This document shows, piece after piece, positions 1 to 11,636 of a DNA stretch of 33,000 nt. Source of the DNA: Octopus bimaculoides (taxonomy: Eukaryota). Position 1 is the first letter of the stretch. Every line of letters begins with the position of its first letter. Both the position numbers and the translations under genes were made by a program. The notes under the pieces are model-generated. The model was not told where the DNA came from and made no database searches. It saw only the letters and a list, made by a program, of their open reading frames with translations. The DNA lies in contig NC_068983.1 of assembly GCF_001194135.2 (NCBI RefSeq), forward strand, positions 148,467,096 through 148,500,095. The letters are read 5' to 3'.

Positions 1-679
1 CTATAACATCATTTCTGAACTACGTACATTATTAGCGAATTGTTTTGTCTGTCATCTCAATATGTTGGAATGACATTTTTGCTCATATCTTGTACGGTTC
101 GATTAATATCTTGAAATGTATGACTCACCTAACATTTCTACTTTTAAGATTAGAAGGTCAATCACTGTAGTCATTACTACTGGAGAGTAACTGATATTAT
201 AAATTAACTTGAAGAGAGATGAGTGAGGATCAAAACTGAATCACAAGCTCCTCTTAGATGGCATTCGGCGCTATCTTCATCTGCAATCATTATCCGTATA
301 CTACATCTTTCAAAGTGTTGCTACCCATCCATTCTCTCTTTAAAACTATTGTTCCTCTCAGTAAATATCCACTTTACATCCATGCATTCCTTCATTATGT
401 ACAGAGTATTATCCATAGAAAATATGCATTGGCATGCATGTAAGGTTTTAATTTCGCTTGTATGTTTTCTTACTTTATTCTTTTAAATGATATTGTCATA
501 AATAAAAATGTTTCCAGTATTAGTTTATTTGATATGGAAATGAGTTACCATAATCTATGGGGTCTTCAATTATGCAAATAATCTTTACGCTGAAGAGAAG
601 CTTGTGGCATTCTTTATTTTTGAAACTCAATATATGTTGATTTTGTGAAAACAAACCTTATAAATTATTTATACATACA

Positions 680-696
680 TACATACATGTATGTGT

Positions 697-780
<84 letters not shown>

Positions 781-790
781 NNNNNNNNNN

Positions 791-878
<88 letters not shown>
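680..878. repeat. (CA)n/(TA)n compound microsatellite with 10-N gap
   Basis: Direct reading; explains the overlapping HT/YI/CV ORFs. Confidence 0.97.
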
Positions 879-885
<7 letters not shown>

Positions 886-1139
886 TTCATAACATTCCTA
901 TCATTTAGGGAAATAATTTTCTTCTGTATTTCTACATTTTCCTTTGTTTTATTAACTTTTACCAAAATCTTGAATTCATTTTATTGGAGAAAAAAAACGC
1001 ATTGATACGTAAAATGATATGGAATAGATCAGCAATAATATGTCCGCTATTTTCGACCGAGCATTACAACTTAAGCTCCTCATCCATCAGTGCAATGACC
1101 GCAAACATTCTGACAAAGTCAGCGTAGATTATTGGCATT

Positions 1140-1140
1140 C

Positions 1141-1205
<65 letters not shown>
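1140..1205 (+). repeat. (AAT)n microsatellite
   Basis: About 21 perfect AAT units. Confidence 0.97.
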
Positions 1206-1206
<1 letters not shown>

Positions 1207-1334
1207 CATCACAACAACAACAGCATCTCAAAGCTGTAATAATAATGATTCCTTTCTTTGCCATAAGGCTGAACATCATAAGGAAACAATATTAATATAA
1301 ATAATTTGTGATCTTTTACATAACATAATAGCAA

Positions 1335-1358
1335 ATGATTATGATGATGATGATGATG

Positions 1359-1428
<70 letters not shown>

Positions 1429-1443
1429 TAACAATAATAACAA

Positions 1444-1474
<31 letters not shown>

Positions 1475-1530
1475 NNNNNNNNNNAGAAGAAGAAGAACAA
1501 CAACAACAACAACAACAACAACAGCAGCAG

Positions 1531-1562
<32 letters not shown>

Positions 1563-1572
1563 ATAATAATAA
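1335..1572 (+). repeat. Compound trinucleotide array (ATG/AAT/AAC/AAG/CAG)
   Basis: Successive blocks of related triplets, interrupted by a 10-N gap. Confidence 0.95.
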
Positions 1573-2029
1573 TGGTATAAAAGATGGGCTACAGCAAATA
1601 TTCTGCTCAATACCAGATTTGCTTCTTAGTTGTTTGACCTTAACCAGCTGAGCATGTCCCTTAGTGACTAACGGTATGGGCATCTCTGATCAGATGCAGA
1701 AGTGGTGGGGAGCATCATAGCCATGTGTTGAGAGGAATTCTTTTGGATTTGGATAATTCACCTCCGAAAACAGAGATGTTTCGTTCAACATCCATAAACA
1801 ACCCTTATTCAGGAACCTTTTGAGCAGGACGGGCTACTCGACCTAAAGCAAATTCTTACTGGGCCCAACCTACGTTGTTTATCTTGATATGAGATCATAC
1901 GTCGCGCATATATGGTTTTGGTGCATATGTCTGGTGTACCCTTATCAGACGGGTAGTCACGATGGGTACACTGGGCTTCATATATTTTACCCCAGTATCA
2001 CTTTGATGGCATGCGCTGCTCTCTCACTC

Positions 2030-2030
<1 letters not shown>
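1572..2030 (+). mobile_element. ~460-bp non-coding interspersed repeat (SINE-like) ending in CTCACTC(AAT)n
   Basis: GC-richer block between two trinucleotide arrays with an (AAT)n tail. Resembles an abundant octopus repeat recalled from memory. No coding signature. Confidence 0.6.

Positions 2031-2086
<56 letters not shown>
2029..2086 (+). repeat. (AAT)n microsatellite between the SINE-like repeat and the Dong-like LINE
   Basis: Direct reading. Confidence 0.97.
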
Positions 2087-2087
<1 letters not shown>

Positions 2088-3620
2088 TGGTGGATGGAGA
2101 ACTGAACTGCCGGGCATCAGAAGAGGGATTATCCAGGGTAACAGCCTGCCTCCGTTGCTTTTCGTTCTCTGCAGGATACCCCTGACCGTAGTACTCATGA
2201 AAATGAACCTGGGGTACCAACTAAAGGGAAAATCCCAAACAATCAAGCACTTCCTCTTCTTCATGGATGATTTGAAACTATATGGTAAAGATGAGACACA
2301 AGTGAGTTCCTTGCTGAACATAGTGCACTGTTTTAGTACTGATATTAGAATGGAATTTAGACTCAAGATGTGCGGAATAATCTACCTAAAAAAGGACAAG
2401 ATACAGTCCCTAGCAGGGATAGAATTACCAAATAGAGACTTGATTAAGCAAATTGAAACGGGAGGATACAAATGTCATGGTGTACAAGTGTTCAACGAGA
2501 TAATGGAAAAGGAAATGAAAGAGCAACTGAGGATGGAGAATTTCCCAAAACTGAGGTTGGTGTTGAGCTCAAAATTGACCAGATGGAATAAAACCCAAGC
2601 AGTTAATAAGTGGGCGATAGCATCACTTCGGTATAAAATGGCCAAAGAGAGAAATGAAGAAAATGGATACCAAGACCAGAAAAATGTTGACAGTACACGG
2701 AGCCTTCCACCCTAAGAGTGACACGGAAAATTGTGTAACTAAAGAAAAATTTAAACAAGAAATGAACAAAAGAAAAGAAAAAGCATGGAAGGAAAAGAAA
2801 ATGTACGGTCAGTTTGCAATAGATGTGAAAGCCAAGACAGATGCAGAGGACCGGTGGCTATAGATAAGGTGAGTGACCTGAAGATAGGGACAGAAGTTCT
2901 CATATGCGCAGCTCAAGAACAAGAGTTAAGAACCAATTATATGAAATGAAGAATAGGCAACACTACCGATAGCGACAAATGCAGAATATGTGGTGAGAGG
3001 TTAAACAGTATGGCAGATCGTTAGCGAATGGCCGAAATTGGCACAACGCGAACACAAAAGACGCCATGACAATGTGGCAAGAATTATCCATCGGGAACTC
3101 TATGGAAATCACAGCCTACAAAGAGAAAAGACGTGGTATCCCCAGGAGTCACTGGAAATGAGAATCGCAAAATCCTGTGGGATGCAATGATCCAGTGCGA
3201 TCACCTGATCAGACATCGGAAACCGGACATTAGAGTGGTGAATAAAATAGAAAGAACATGTATGATCATCGACATAGTATGCCCTGGTGACAACAAGATA
3301 AATGTGAAAGAAGAAAAATTAACAACTATGACAATTTCAAGTGGGAAATACGAAAGTTGTGATCAATGAAGAGAGATGTGATACCAATAGTAATTGGTGT
3401 ACTTGGAAGTATCAGCACTCAACTACCAGCATGGCTGAAAAATATCGGTGCAAGTGTGAGGGTAGAAGACCTACAAAAATCAGCATTGTTTGGAAGTGCA
3501 AGAAAATCTTCGCAGGGTTTTTGAAGCATGACCAGTAAACAAATATCACCTTAGTCTGCTAGCTGTGGGCGGCTGACATTTTCCATCATACCCAGCAAAA
3601 TAAGCTTTGAGTTTTAATAT
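2087..3620 (+). mobile_element. 5'-truncated, decayed R4/Dong-clade non-LTR retrotransposon (RT C-half, CCHC finger, restriction-like endonuclease)
   Basis: Motifs GIIQGNSLPPLLF, LFFMDDLKLY, KMLTVHGAFHPK, CRICGE...KRHDNVARIIH and ILWD...RKPDIRVV...IIDIVCPGD lie in order across ORFs 2155-2715, 2654-2863 and 3133-3369, with stops and frameshifts. TAA/CAA-rich tail. Confidence 0.9.
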
Positions 3621-3687
3621 AATAATAACAACAACAACAATATTAATAATAGTAATGTTATTGTTGTTGCTGTTGTTGTTGTTGTTG

Positions 3688-3765
<78 letters not shown>
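3620..3765. repeat. (AAT/AAC) then (TTG)n/(TTA)n microsatellites
   Basis: Direct reading. Confidence 0.95.
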
Positions 3766-3766
<1 letters not shown>

Positions 3767-3801
3767 ACATAGGCAACCTTTATCCCAACTGATAGTTTCA
3801 G

Positions 3802-3899
3802 AATATGTCAGTGAAGAAACGAATGAAACGGCGTTTGAAGCGGTACTTAAAAGTTTTAACATGGATCTAAACCCACTTAAAAAGATTCAACTGACGAAA
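3802..3899 (+). CDS. Candidate internal coding exon: (E)YVSEETNETAFEAVLKSFNMDLNPLKKIQLTK
   Basis: Acceptor ...gatagtttcag, consensus donor AAA|gtaagt, 98 nt open (phase 1 to 0), protein-like composition in non-repetitive DNA. Product unknown. Confidence 0.55.
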
Positions 3900-4309
3900 G
3901 TAAGTTATGACCTTTCAAAAGAGTCCTACATGTTACCTTTTCATTGAAAGTGCTTGGATGGAAACTAATTAAAACGTAGAAAGATCAAAACACAGGTTAG
4001 AGGGAACAGCTTATTATGCCATCACTAATTTATTTGCTGAAGTAATAACAACACAAGTGGTAAGTCACTTGAAAGTAGGCTGTAACTTAGTAAAAGTTTA
4101 ATAGATTTCTATTGACACAACAGACATAGCAGTGTGAAAAGCATTTGCAGCTACAGAAAGCAGCAGCTGCGTAATCTTGTAGAGATTCAATCATTTCCAT
4201 TGTTTTTTATAACTGAAAATTATTCCATTTTCTCCTGTTACCAAGTAAACAGAATTCACAGACCTACAATGTTAATAGAATAATATTAATCGGCAAGTAT
4301 ACAGACATG

Positions 4310-4380
<71 letters not shown>

Positions 4381-4389
4381 CTTTTAAAT

Positions 4390-4967
4390 TTATTTCTATC
4401 GAGTTTCTATAGAATTCGGACTCAGCACTGCAAATTACGAAGCTTAGTATACGAAATACGTCTATATAGACAATGCGATCGAAAATAGAAAACATAGGTA
4501 ACGGGTGTATAGGCATGTTTTCAGAATTATTGCTCTTTCATCAACACTACCTCCAACCCATCGACACCCCACGAGCGTCTCTTCTTCTTCCCTTGAAATT
4601 GACTAACACAATATTGAGTCGTAAACTTTTAATATACTTGACGGCATATACTGATTGGAAAACGAAATAGTGTGTGCTTCCTAGCAATTAATATGCAAGT
4701 ACCAGTTGCCAAGAATTTGTTTAATATGCAAATTGATATATTCCATTGTATTACACTACTAAATTTAGTGGGTGTTTATGCAGTGCGTTCGTGGAAGTTG
4801 ATGGGTTAGATGAAGTGCTGATGAAAGAACAATAACTCTTGAAATATACATATACACTGACTACGTAGCTTTTCTATCGTCGATTGCATTGTTTATATGG
4901 GTGTATTCGTATACGAAAAGTTATAACTTGCAGTGCTGCCTCTTTTATAATAAATATATAGCGATAA
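4390..4967. mobile_element. Fold-back element with ~190-bp diverged inverted arms, each containing a hammerhead-like motif
   Basis: 4390-4580 aligns with the reverse complement of 4785-4967 (shared CAGCACTGCAA, GTATACGAA, TTATTG.TCTTTCATCA, AACCCATC). A related copy lies at 19268-19606. Confidence 0.8.
4814..4858 (+). ncRNA. Type I hammerhead ribozyme motif (short stems)
   Basis: AGTG-CTGATGA-AAGA(acaataac)TCTT-GAAA-TA(taca)TA-TA^-CACT. Complete core, 4-bp stem I, 4-bp stem II, 3-bp stem III, AUA cleavage triplet. Confidence 0.6.
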
Positions 4968-5123
4968 ACTCAAAAGTGAGATTATCGCGTTGCTAGCACA
5001 AAAGTAAGACACAATAATGATTTGTAAACCTTTAATGTACCTGGTAGCATATTATGGTTGCAAAACGTAATACTGTTTCTTCTTGCAATTCACGCACGCA
5101 CACACATACACGCACATATATAT

Positions 5124-5355
5124 AGGTGAAGGTGTAGCGGTGTGGACAGATGTATCAGACGAAACCTGAAGGAAGCCCCTCGTATGCGTATGTGTGTGTA
5201 TGAGCGTGTTGTGTTGTGGGATGTCTTTGTGTATATGTCCCCGTAACTTAGCGGTTCAGCAAAGAACCCGATAGGTTATTACTGAGGACAATTCGTTGGA
5301 CGAAATTACTTCAAGACTGTGCCCTGGCATGGCCGAGTCTAATGACTGAAACAAA

Positions 5356-5358
<3 letters not shown>
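5124..5358 (+). mobile_element. Degenerate SINE (octopus-type) body and tail
   Basis: ...GAAACCTGAAGGAAGCCCCTCGTATG... and GTGCCCTGGCATGGCCGAGTCTAATGACTGAAAC resemble a recalled octopus SINE; related to copies at 12495-12690 and 14003-14125. Confidence 0.6.
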
Positions 5359-5390
<32 letters not shown>

Positions 5391-5983
5391 NNNNNNNNNN
5401 NNNNNNNNNNNNNNNNNNNNNNNNNNNNNNNNNNNNNNNNNNNNNNNNNNNNNNNNNNNNNNNNNNNNNNNNNNNNNNNNNNNNNNNNNNNNNNNNNNNN
5501 NNNNNNNNNNNNNNNNNNNNNNNNNNNNNNNNNNNNNNNNNNNNNNNNNNNNNNNNNNNNNNNNNNNNNNNNNNNNNNNNNNNNNNNNNNNNNNNNNNNN
5601 NNNNNNNNNNNNNNNNNNNNNNNNNNNNNNNNNNNNNNNNNNNNNNNNNNNNNNNNNNNNNNNNNNNNNNNNNNNNNNNNNNNNNNNNNNNNNNNNNNNN
5701 NNNNNNNNNNNNNNNNNNNNNNNNNNNNNNNNNNNNNNNNNNNNNNNNNNNNNNNNNNNNNNNNNNNNNNNNNNNNNNNNNNNNNNNNNNNNNNNNNNNN
5801 NNNNNNNNNNNNNNNNNNNNNNNNNNNNNNNNNNNNNNNNNNNNNNNNNNNNNNNNNNNNNNNNNNNNNNNNNNNNNNNNNNNNNNNNNNNNNNNNNNNN
5901 NNNNNNNNNNNNNNNNNNNNNNNNNNNNNNNNNNNNNNNNNNNNNNNNNNNNNNNNNNNNNNNNNNNNNNNNNNNNNNNNNNN
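5391..5983. other. Assembly gap (N run) preceded by (TA)n
   Basis: Run of N. Other large gaps at about 14204-14530, 17486-17791, 22652-22848, 26451-26580 and 28550-28619. Confidence 0.99.
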
Positions 5984-6049
5984 AATATTCAAACACTGAG
6001 ATTTGAAGTTAGATGTCACTACTGTTCATATCATCTGTGGATAAATTCA

Positions 6050-6086
<37 letters not shown>

Positions 6087-6199
6087 GACAGATGGACAGA
6101 TAGATATAAACAGTATGAATGGCTACTCAAATGCTTCCAGCGTAACCCCATCGTCCAGCTGTTTTTTTTTATCGCAAATGGTACTTAGAAGGCTCATTC

Positions 6200-8290
6200 T
6201 GGATAATCTCCTAAGGAGGTTTAGTTACTAATTGCTTCGGTTCATTCTTTGACAGTGGAAAATCAAGAATTCTAAGGATTTAATTTCAATAGTTTAATTT
6301 GTTTAAATGTACATTATTATTAAGTATGTTTTTAACAGAATGTTCTGGGTGAGGTAAAGCCAGGCCGATAAGCTCATTCATGTAGCCATATTTCAAGGAA
6401 AGGTGAAGATACATTCATGAAGTTTTGAGTTTGTGAATATTAAGAAGTGATTAATGGTAGATCGCTAGATTGCAATGTTACGGTAGGTACCTGTATATCC
6501 TCTACTTCAGATAGGGCCGGCCGAGGTCGAATGTTAGTTGGAACACATCTATCGAACAAGAAAGATTTCACTTCAGAACCTGGGTTTAGGTCCTCAATTC
6601 CAGAAGATATACTTCGGTAAACCAAAGACAGAAAATAACGAAGTGAAGCAAGATACGAGAGTTGATGAAGAAATACCACGACAATAGAAAGTAAATAGAC
6701 TACGAAAATATTCATTGACAATAATCAACATGTATTGTTTGAGGACGAACGTAATGGAACATAAGACTTAATGCTTATGCATTAAATGTCTTAAGACGTC
6801 TAGTAAGCTGATGTGCTTCTGAATGGGAATATAGTGGCTTAATTTGCAATAAATGTGGCATCCAGAAAAAAGAAACATATATTTAAAGTCCTCCACCAAA
6901 TAATGGAGATATTGGATCCAAATAAATAGGCCAAATTCATAATTCCTGATGATACAGAAATTTGTGAAATTCTAATTCGGTCTTTATAACTGCACCACAA
7001 AAGACACGCTATAAACATTTTATGTCAGTATTAAGACATCCACTATGAGTTCTGATCACTGGTGTGATACTTTCTTAATTTTACTCTTAATTTTATGTTT
7101 TATATCAAACATATAAGCAACAGATTTCTGATTTACTAGAGTAAATCTTTGACCTAAGAAAGGAAATGGCGCTCCAATTTGACAGGCGCAAATATACGTC
7201 TCTGTTTTTTCACTCGGCAGAATTTAGCAACCGACCAAGGCTGCTACAGGCCTGACATTTTGATTATGCATATTCCTCCGTGGCAGCCTCAGAGATATGC
7301 GATGTGACGGTAAACGGCATACGCTCATCCACTTTAATCTCAACAGAATCTGTAATAGTTGCTTTAAAGTCATTGATCGACGTTGCAGCTTCCTCTGAGA
7401 GCGGAAACTAAGCATTGAATTGCGACCTTATTCTACGAAGCCACTGGGAATGATAACCGAACGTAATACGAAATAAAGATTCTTTATTAAGTGGCGTTAA
7501 GCGTGAATGGTCAAGTAATTCATTATGGCTAAGTTCGATGCGCCAGAATAGAAATTGACTCAGTTGAAAGTGATATTAGATGTATGAGCAAATTTAAAAA
7601 ATTCAGATACTGATGACATGTACGTTAGGGTGAGTATATTATTGTCAATGATTTCTTAGAGCATCCTGTTCACTTCTGATTGAATGAATTCGACATCAGA
7701 ACTTACGGAATTTCGTTGTTATATGTTTATAATCTGGCGATAGCTTAGAGAAAATTCTAGGTGGATCGATGTTTGACGAGGTTAGTGAGCAAAATTCTAA
7801 GCCTGATAAGGCAGAGCGTTACTCAGTTTATCTTTAACAAACAAGTATGAACATATTTGCTATTTGATTCTAATATTTAAACTTGTTTGCACATTGTAAA
7901 TTGGTTTACAGGGTCTTGATTATTGCGGATGTAATTCCTCAAAAAAAAAACAACTGTAAACTAATTGAAGAATAAGTAGGGGTATTTCAGATTCAAGCCA
8001 ACTTTAAATCAATTGACAGCGCCAGCAGTTTATAAAGTATTTATAGCGGCAGAGCTGCAGAATCTTGTGACGATTTAACTATTCCTGATGTTATCATAAT
8101 AGCGTGAAATTATCACATTTATCTACATAGACAACGTCTCAGACTTGCTAAAGGATGCGGCGGATATGACACTGTATGACGTCCATGCATTTCTGGAGGT
8201 TATCAACTGCGTAATTGAAATTAAATTGGTACACCAATCGACACCAGGCAGCGAACAATCTTTGCTTGGAGGCTACATTTAAAACTTATG
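6200..8290 (-). mobile_element. Decayed Ty3/Gypsy LTR retrotransposon pol remnant (RT start, RNase H, integrase)
   Basis: Minus-strand translations in Gypsy order: PRIFSKLSPDYKHITTKF and VEFIQSEVNRML (RT start), FPLSEEAATSINDFK...PFTVTS (connection), NQNVRPVA...FLGQRFTLVNQKSVAYMFD (RNase H), YMLIIVNEYFRS...SEVKSFL (integrase), TNSKLHECIFTFP...SAWL (integrase C-terminus). Many stops. Confidence 0.8.
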
Positions 8291-8884
8291 CAGCTAGCAT
8301 CAACTATAAAAAATATTGAATATCGGTTTTTTTACTTCTCGTTATCAGTCAGTAAAGTATTAGTAAGAATGTCAGACATGTATAGAGAAAGACATATATG
8401 TTAACTATAAAAATAAAAATCGGTTGAGTAAATGAATAATAGTGATCAGTGTGTTTAATAAATAGAACATACGTCCTTATCAAACAGCAAAACTGCGTTT
8501 CTTTATGTATTTATTTAATTATATTACTGACAGTCATTTTTTAATTTCATTTTCTGTTCCATTTCGGTATGACTTTTTTGTTTTGTTATTTGAATATTTT
8601 ATTAATCACATAGACAGTCAAATATCTTAGAACATGTGTCAGAAACCAAGTACACAGTATCAATATTCTTATCTCTTGTCATTCTAATATGGTAGCGATG
8701 AATCTCATAATCTATTGGATTGTCGTGGCGCCAATAAATGTATTTTTATTATTGTATTGTATAGAGGTCGATTGGGCAGGACGGATCCCATCTCTCTCCA
8801 AGTTATGCATATATTGGTGGACTGATTTCTTAATCATCTCACGTACTAACAAAACACCCATCAATATTACTGCACTTTTTAAAT

Positions 8885-9100
8885 CGGTGAGTTAGCAAAA
8901 TCGTTGGCACGCCAGGCAAAATGCTTAGCGGCATTTCGCCCGTCATTACCTTCTAAGTTCAAATTCTGCTGAGGTCGACTTTACCTTTCATCTTTTTGGG
9001 ATTGATAAAATAAGTACCAGTTGAATACTGCGGTCGATGAAATCGATTTACACCCTCCCACGAACTTGCTGGCCTTGTACCAAAATTTGAAACCAATATT
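8885..9100 (+). mobile_element. tRNA-derived SINE, near full length
   Basis: A-box-like GGTGAGTTAGCAAAATCG, B-box-like AGTTCAAATTC, body CCTTTCATC...GATAAAATAAGTACCAGT, tail GGCCTTGTACCAAAATTTGAAAC; several related copies in the window. Confidence 0.85.
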
Positions 9101-9192
9101 ACAATACTTTGGCTGCTTACAATGGAGAGATATGTTTGCCTCCAGGACTTTTTGACATTTGTGGGTGCCTACTGACATCATATCTTGCTCAT

Positions 9193-9300
9193 TGGCTAAG
9201 TAGTTAAGTATGAAATTCCAGGTTCGATCCCACTGTGTGCCATCTTAAAGAAGTGTATTTATATTTCTGATTGCTCCAGATCTTATGCATAAAATTACGT
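9193..9300 (+). mobile_element. Degenerate SINE 5' fragment
   Basis: TGGCTAAGTAG (A box) and GGTTCGATCCC (B box) followed by CACTGTGTGCCATCTT, similar to the 14003 copy. Confidence 0.5.
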
Positions 9301-9428
9301 AAACAGAAACAGCCTGAACATTCTTCGGTTCAACTGTACTTGTAATTCAAAGATCCATATTATATCATGCTGATCTTGTTTATTACTTTTTTAATGTATA
9401 CGTGTCTGGGAAATATTCAACCACTTAG

Positions 9429-9535
9429 AGGTTAAATTCTAGATTTAGGTGTTCACGTCATAGAACAATTGAATTCTTATCGTCGAAATTGACGGAAGAT
9501 TCTTTAGCGGAGCGCGACAAAATTAGGTGTAAAAC
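9429..9535 (+). CDS. Candidate internal coding exon: RLNSRFRCSRHRTIEFLSSKLTEDSLAERDKIRCK
   Basis: Acceptor ...aaccacttag, donor AAAC|gtaagc. Frame opens right after the AG; phase 0 to 2, compatible with 3802-3899. An alternative acceptor at 9449 is possible. Confidence 0.4.
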
Positions 9536-10174
9536 GTAAGCACGCCATACTAACAGGATACATCCATAGTAACAAAACTGCAACTGCTGAGTGCTAGGAT
9601 ACAATCCTTAACCCACTGACACCTTCTTTCTCCTTCCTCTCTCTTATTTCGCTCTCCCTTCTCTCTCTCTCTCTCCCTCCCTCTCTCTCTCTCTCCATTC
9701 AATGTCTGATTATCTTCAGAATTTCCTTCCATAAACCCAAATCTATCGGAACTTTGTTAATACAAGAGTGATTTCTTAACCACGTGGATTTCAATGAAAA
9801 AAAAAAATGGTTACTAGACAACCGACAAAAATATCAGACAGTTCCAATTGAGTTTTACTGCCTTCGCGCTCTCCAATGCACCGTTTAACAAACCTTTGTC
9901 CAGACATGTAGTAGATAAGTCATACTACATTTCCAGTGTGTCGAAGAACAGAGATCTGGAAACAGTATTCAGTGGGAAGATTATAGTATTCTTTCAACAA
10001 CACAATGAAACAACTTTTACATGCTAAAAATGTGGATTTTTTTTTTTAATTCCGACAAAAATATATTCGAACTCAAATACATTTAATCAATGTCCGTTAG
10101 GAATTACAAGGCATTTGCAGTAATAATTGTCTTCGTTATTTTTGTTATTATTATTATTATAATTAAACTGTTAT

Positions 10175-10302
10175 GGTCTACTTTGCTAATCGTTTTTCGG
10201 CGTCTATAAAATAAGTACTACTTGACCAATGAGGTCAGAGTAATCGACTATCCTTTTGCCCTAAAATTGCTGGCCTAGTGCCAAAATTTGAAGCCGCTGT
10301 TA
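10175..10302 (+). mobile_element. SINE 3' half
   Basis: ATAAAATAAGTAC...GTAATCGACT...AAAATTGCTGGCCTAGTGCCAAAATTTGAA. Confidence 0.75.
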
Positions 10303-10304
10303 TT

Positions 10305-10500
10305 AAAGCTGTGAGCTGTCATAAAATACGTAATAGCATTTCTTCCGGCTTTTTACCGTCTGAGCTCAAATCCTATTTTAATTTCACCCTTTCGAAGTCG
10401 ATAAAATAAGTACCAGTCAAGAACTGGGGCGATGAAATCGTATATCCCTCTCCCTCAAAATGTCAGTCCTTGTGCCTGTTATAAAAAGGGTTATTATTAT
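10305..10500 (+). mobile_element. tRNA-derived SINE, internally deleted, directly behind the previous copy
   Basis: GAGCTCAAATCC B-box remnant, GTCGATAAAATAAGTACCAGTCAAGAACTGGGG, (TTA)n tail. Confidence 0.75.
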
Positions 10501-10809
10501 CCTTGTCGCTTTTATTGTCATTGTTTTTATGGTTACTTAGTCACATGTCAACCCTCGTGGGAAAACCTAGCAACTGAGTCGAGTAACTGCAAAGAGGTTA
10601 CCACGTTGTTATTGCTGTTGTTTTATAACACGTTGATCCAACATCACCTAAGACAACTCACAGCACCAGTATTCCAGTTGTGACTGGCTCATCGTTTATG
10701 CTATTTTGCAGACACAGATTAAGCAAGGTTTACATTATTCAGTGAGTATGAGCATTTCAAAGAAGATAGGGTTGTAATTTGAGGGATATTTCAAGGCTTT
10801 ATCTAGCAG

Positions 10810-10865
10810 AAAATGCGATCCCGCAGAGTATCTTTCGTCAGCTCGTAGAATTATCAGTAATCTAT
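10810..10865 (+). CDS. Weak candidate exon (KCDPAEYLSSARRIISNL or NAIPQSIFRQLVELSVIY)
   Basis: ...ctttatctagcag acceptor and TAT|gtaagt donor. Two frames are open, so the frame is unresolved. Confidence 0.25.
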
Positions 10866-11535
10866 GTAAGTGGTATGTGTTTACGCATAGTAAAATATTT
10901 ATCGGCTATTATAAAATATATTTTATTGTAAGTAATTATAATAAAAACACATTCACATGCAGACATTATTTTCCATATGATGTATAGATACACTCATTCA
11001 TGTATATATATATATATNNNNNNNNNNNNNNNNNNNNNNNNNNNNNNNNNNNNNNNNNNNNNNNGATATATCTATGTATGAGTCTATGTGTGTGTATGTG
11101 TATTTGTGTTTGTGTGTGTGTCTCTCTGTGTGTCTCTGTGTGTGTCTCTGTGTGTGTCTCTGTGTGTGTGTGTGTGTGTGAGTGTGTGTGTGTGTGTGCG
11201 CACGTAAGTATACATATGCATTTAAAAAACTTTTTTATTGTTTTCATTTTCAAATCCATTAAATTGGAAAAGGAATTACTTTTTTAGTATAAACCATTAT
11301 CACACGTATTTACCAAATAAACACTATGTAGTTAAGAATACGCATATTCGTGTCTATCTGCAGATATATCTGGGTCTTTTTTGTGACTTTTTCTTTTTTT
11401 ATTTGCATAAAAATGTAAGAATGGTTATATGTACGTTTATGAGCATACATGGAAAGGATAGATAGACAGATTGATATATCGGTTGGTAGATTAGATTGAC
11501 AACCAGATCGACACATCGATTGGTTGATAGGTATG

Positions 11536-11538
<3 letters not shown>

Positions 11539-11588
<50 letters not shown>
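11539..11588. repeat. (GATA)n tetranucleotide repeat
   Basis: Direct reading; similar (GACA)/(GATA) arrays at 12712-12807 and 17821-17900. Confidence 0.95.
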
Positions 11589-11589
<1 letters not shown>

Positions 11590-11636
11590 TTTGTACGAGT
11601 TTATGTTAAATTAAGATTAATACATTAAGCAGTTTT

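Noticed and set aside
6440-7415. ORFs 6440-6721 and 7224-7415 and nearby splice-like sites as host exons
   Set aside because: Better explained as Gypsy integrase and RNase H remnants on the minus strand.
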